A DNA stretch of 64,000 nucleotides, taken from positions 30,070,001 through 30,134,000 of the forward strand of contig NC_092345.1 of the NCBI RefSeq assembly GCF_963676685.1, given 5' to 3'. Position 1 is the stretch's first letter, and every line of letters starts with the position of its first letter. Of this stretch, positions 63,259 to 64,000 are shown piece after piece. The position numbers were made by a program, and so were the translations under genes. A model generated the notes under the pieces. The model made no database searches. It was not told the origin of the DNA and saw nothing but the letters and a program-made list of their open reading frames with translations. This DNA is from Mytilus edulis (Eukaryota).

Positions 63259-63813
63259 GGGGGTTCGCGGGTCTAAATCATTTATATAGGATTTCTCTAT
63301 ATTTTTCTATAAATGAACTTTATCTTATAGTTAACAGAAAAATAAAATAAAAAAGTGGGGTCACCGTTCATTTGCGCTCACAATCTGCCTTCAAAAGAAG
63401 CATACATTTTTGTAAAGGTGGTTTTTTTCTGTTGAAGTAATAGGAGAAATAAAGGTAATATCGAAATAAAAAAAAGAAATTTATTACAGAAATCGCTAAA
63501 ATTTTACAATAATTTAGTTTAAGTACAGCTTATATGGAAATTATATTAAAAAAGATAGGTCACCGATGAGTTGAAAAAGATATTTCAATTTTAGAGCCAA
63601 AAAATGGCATTTTTCCACCAAAGGGAGATAATTTGGAACTTTTTCAATGATGTATACATTTTGAAAGTCATCTGGGGCCAACACGAATTGATTGTTTTGA
63701 ATGATTTTTGTACCATATGATAAAGTAACAACTACAAAAGGAAAGAAATAAAATTTGTAATGAAAAACAAATGTTTGATTTTTTTTCTGAAATTTTTATA
63801 CCCTCGAGCCTCC
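63259..63813. mobile_element. Kolobok-like non-autonomous element
   Basis: TTAA on both sides, GG..CC ends and imperfect 19-bp TIRs (gggggttcgcgggtctaaa / tttataccctcgagcctcc). Confidence 0.65.
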
Positions 63814-64000
63814 TTAAAGTTGATTATCGTTCGATAACTTAAAAATGATATCTCTTGATACCAAAAAAAAAACCCTTTTCCTTTTATGTGCTATTTAAAA
63901 ACAGAGGTTGATTTAGAGCCCCCAATGGAGCTACGTATATGATAAATGCATATACTTTTTACAAGCATCAGTCCAAACGTTATCTAAGGGAGCGCCCATT

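Overview
AT-rich eukaryotic DNA with spliceosomal introns, most likely from a bivalve mollusc; the repeat families suggest Mytilus, which is an inference. Five genes could be reconstructed in full: a 6-exon flavin-containing monooxygenase (+, 7732-15893), a DnaJ protein with one coding exon (+), a 12-exon dopamine/tyramine beta-hydroxylase (-, 25507-36762), a BTB/KCTD protein with one coding exon (+) and a 4-exon MFS transporter (-). The window also holds the 3' end of a guanylate cyclase ending in a CAAX box (-). A fragmented minus-strand gene or pseudogene whose key exon the ORF track misses (37911-~42140) carries a zinc DD-peptidase/M15-like (LAS) motif. Non-coding DNA contains a 345-bp dimeric satellite next to a Helitron-like 3' end, a 30-bp minisatellite, a decayed Tc1 element, a truncated Penelope-like RT and several MITE/foldback elements. 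It also contains retrozyme-like repeats with hammerhead ribozyme cores, one intact and in sense orientation in a DBH intron, and unrelated hairpin elements that share a tandem-GA capped apex.
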